Source of the DNA: the human T2T-CHM13v2.0 reference genome, Homo sapiens
Direction: 5' to 3' (one strand)
Assembly (NCBI RefSeq): GCF_009914755.1
Contig: NC_060942.1
Length of the DNA stretch: 64,000 nucleotides
Shown: piece after piece, positions 62,991 through 64,000 of the stretch
Position numbering within the stretch: position 1 is the first letter of the stretch
Layout: each line of letters starts with the position of its first letter
Program-made: the position numbers and the translations under genes
The notes under the pieces: model-generated
Seen by the model: the letters and a program-made list of their open reading frames with translations, nothing else
Databases searched by the model: none
What the model was told of the DNA's origin: nothing

Positions 62991-63338
62991 TGTATCAGTC
63001 CGTTTTCACGCTGCTGATAAAGACATACCTGAGACTGGGTAATTTATAAAGAAAAAGAGGTTTAATGGACTCACAGTTTCACGTGGTTGGGGAGGCCTCA
63101 CAATGAAAGGCACGTCTTACATGGCGGGCAGGCCAGAGAGACAGAGTCAAGGGAAGGGGGAACCCTCTTCTAAAGCCATCAGATCTCGTGAGACTCATTC
63201 GCTACCACGAGAACAGTATGGGGGAAACTGACCCCATGATTCAATTATCTCCCACCGGGTCCCTCCAGCAACACGTGGGAATTCTGGGAGCTACAATTCA
63301 AGATGAGATTTGGGTGAGGACACAGCCAAACCATATCA
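62991..63338 (-). mobile_element. THE1 (B/C-like) solo LTR
   Basis: TGTATCAGTCCGTTTTCACGCTGCTGATAAAGAC ... CAGCCAAACCATATCA with 5-bp TSD GGAGG on both sides. Confidence 0.9.
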
Positions 63339-63513
63339 GGAGGCATAGTTCTGTCTCCTCCAAACTAGCAGTGTAGTTTGGGCTAGGCCCTCACCTTGCT
63401 GGGTTCTCAGTGCTCTTTTTGGGAAATCGGCGGGCTGCCCTAGGTCTTTGCGAGCTGCCTTCCCTGAGGGCTGGAGTTGAGTTCACAGCTGTGCAGCGTC
63501 TGTGGAGCTCTGC

Positions 63514-63532
63514 GGGCGCCACCTGGTGGTCA
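63514..63532 (-). promoter_or_regulatory. strong CTCF motif TGACCACCAGGTGGCGCCC
   Basis: Close match to the CTCF core TGGCCACCAGGGGGCGC in a locally CpG-richer unique patch. Confidence 0.7.
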
Positions 63533-63670
63533 AAACTGGCAGTGCCGTTTGCGGGCTCAGCGGGACGTGAGAACCCAGGCAGCTTGCTAGATGGGCTTCT
63601 ATTTACATTAGAGAACAATCTCTCCAGGGGACAGGGTGCCCTAACCAGGGTAAGAGAGCTCTTTTGTTAG

Positions 63671-64000
63671 AATAAATTGAGGATGAGCTGAACATGGCAC
63701 AGTAGCCAGGATCTCATCATGAAAATCAGAATAACTCATCCACATATGTGAATAATTTATGGCATATGCAGCCTGTTGGAGAGAGAAGGCCCATGCTATT
63801 AGTCAGAACTTACTTACAATCAGCTTGCTTCAATTAGGTTTTCCTTTATTGAAACAGTGACCTTGAAAATGACTTCATTTTCATATTCAGGCCTATCTCA
63901 TGTGTTTCCCAGAATAGTTATAAAACTGATCTGATGTGTGTGCTGTTTATGTTCCAGCACTTGTTGAGTGGCGATGAAGTCAGGGTCACTCTACAATGAG
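63671..64000 (+). pseudogene. GREB1-like remnant exon(s) at the window edge
   Basis: ELNMAQ*PGSHHENQ vs PYNEIHWPAS..YHENK; IYGICSLLE vs YFGLSEFIE; LSHVFPRIVIKLI* and LFMFQHL vs LGKRFPRLHSAVIRTFVLVQHY. Confidence 0.65.

Overview
Human (primate) genomic DNA, very Alu-rich, with no intact protein-coding sequence. I recognise it as the 5' end of YES1 (SRC-family kinase, 18p11.32, minus strand). Bases 1-36409 are the upstream part of the long first intron. The CpG island at ~35.8-37.6 kb holds non-coding exon 1 (donor CAG|GTAAGG at 36410) and several alternative first-exon donors. The window also has a U1 snRNA pseudogene (22275-22421, minus), a BOLA2 processed pseudogene (56460-56851, plus), about 65 Alu copies, MaLR/ERV1 solo LTRs, DNA-transposon relics and a human-specific pre-Ta L1HS with a 5' inversion. 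Main discovery: the unique DNA between the repeats from ~37.8 kb to the window end (plus strand, head-to-head with YES1) forms a chain of about 14 splice-bounded exon remnants broken by stops and frameshifts. Their translations match human GREB1 motifs in the correct N-to-C order, which suggests a dead third GREB1-family gene (unitary pseudogene). Other leads are a textbook recursive splice site in YES1 intron 1 (25871), first exons and cassettes that could change the YES1 N-terminus or uORF status, and a retrotransposon target site used twice. Reference sequences (YES1 exon 2, GREB1, BOLA2, repeat consensuses) are recalled from memory, not searched. Repeat boundaries and subfamilies are approximate.
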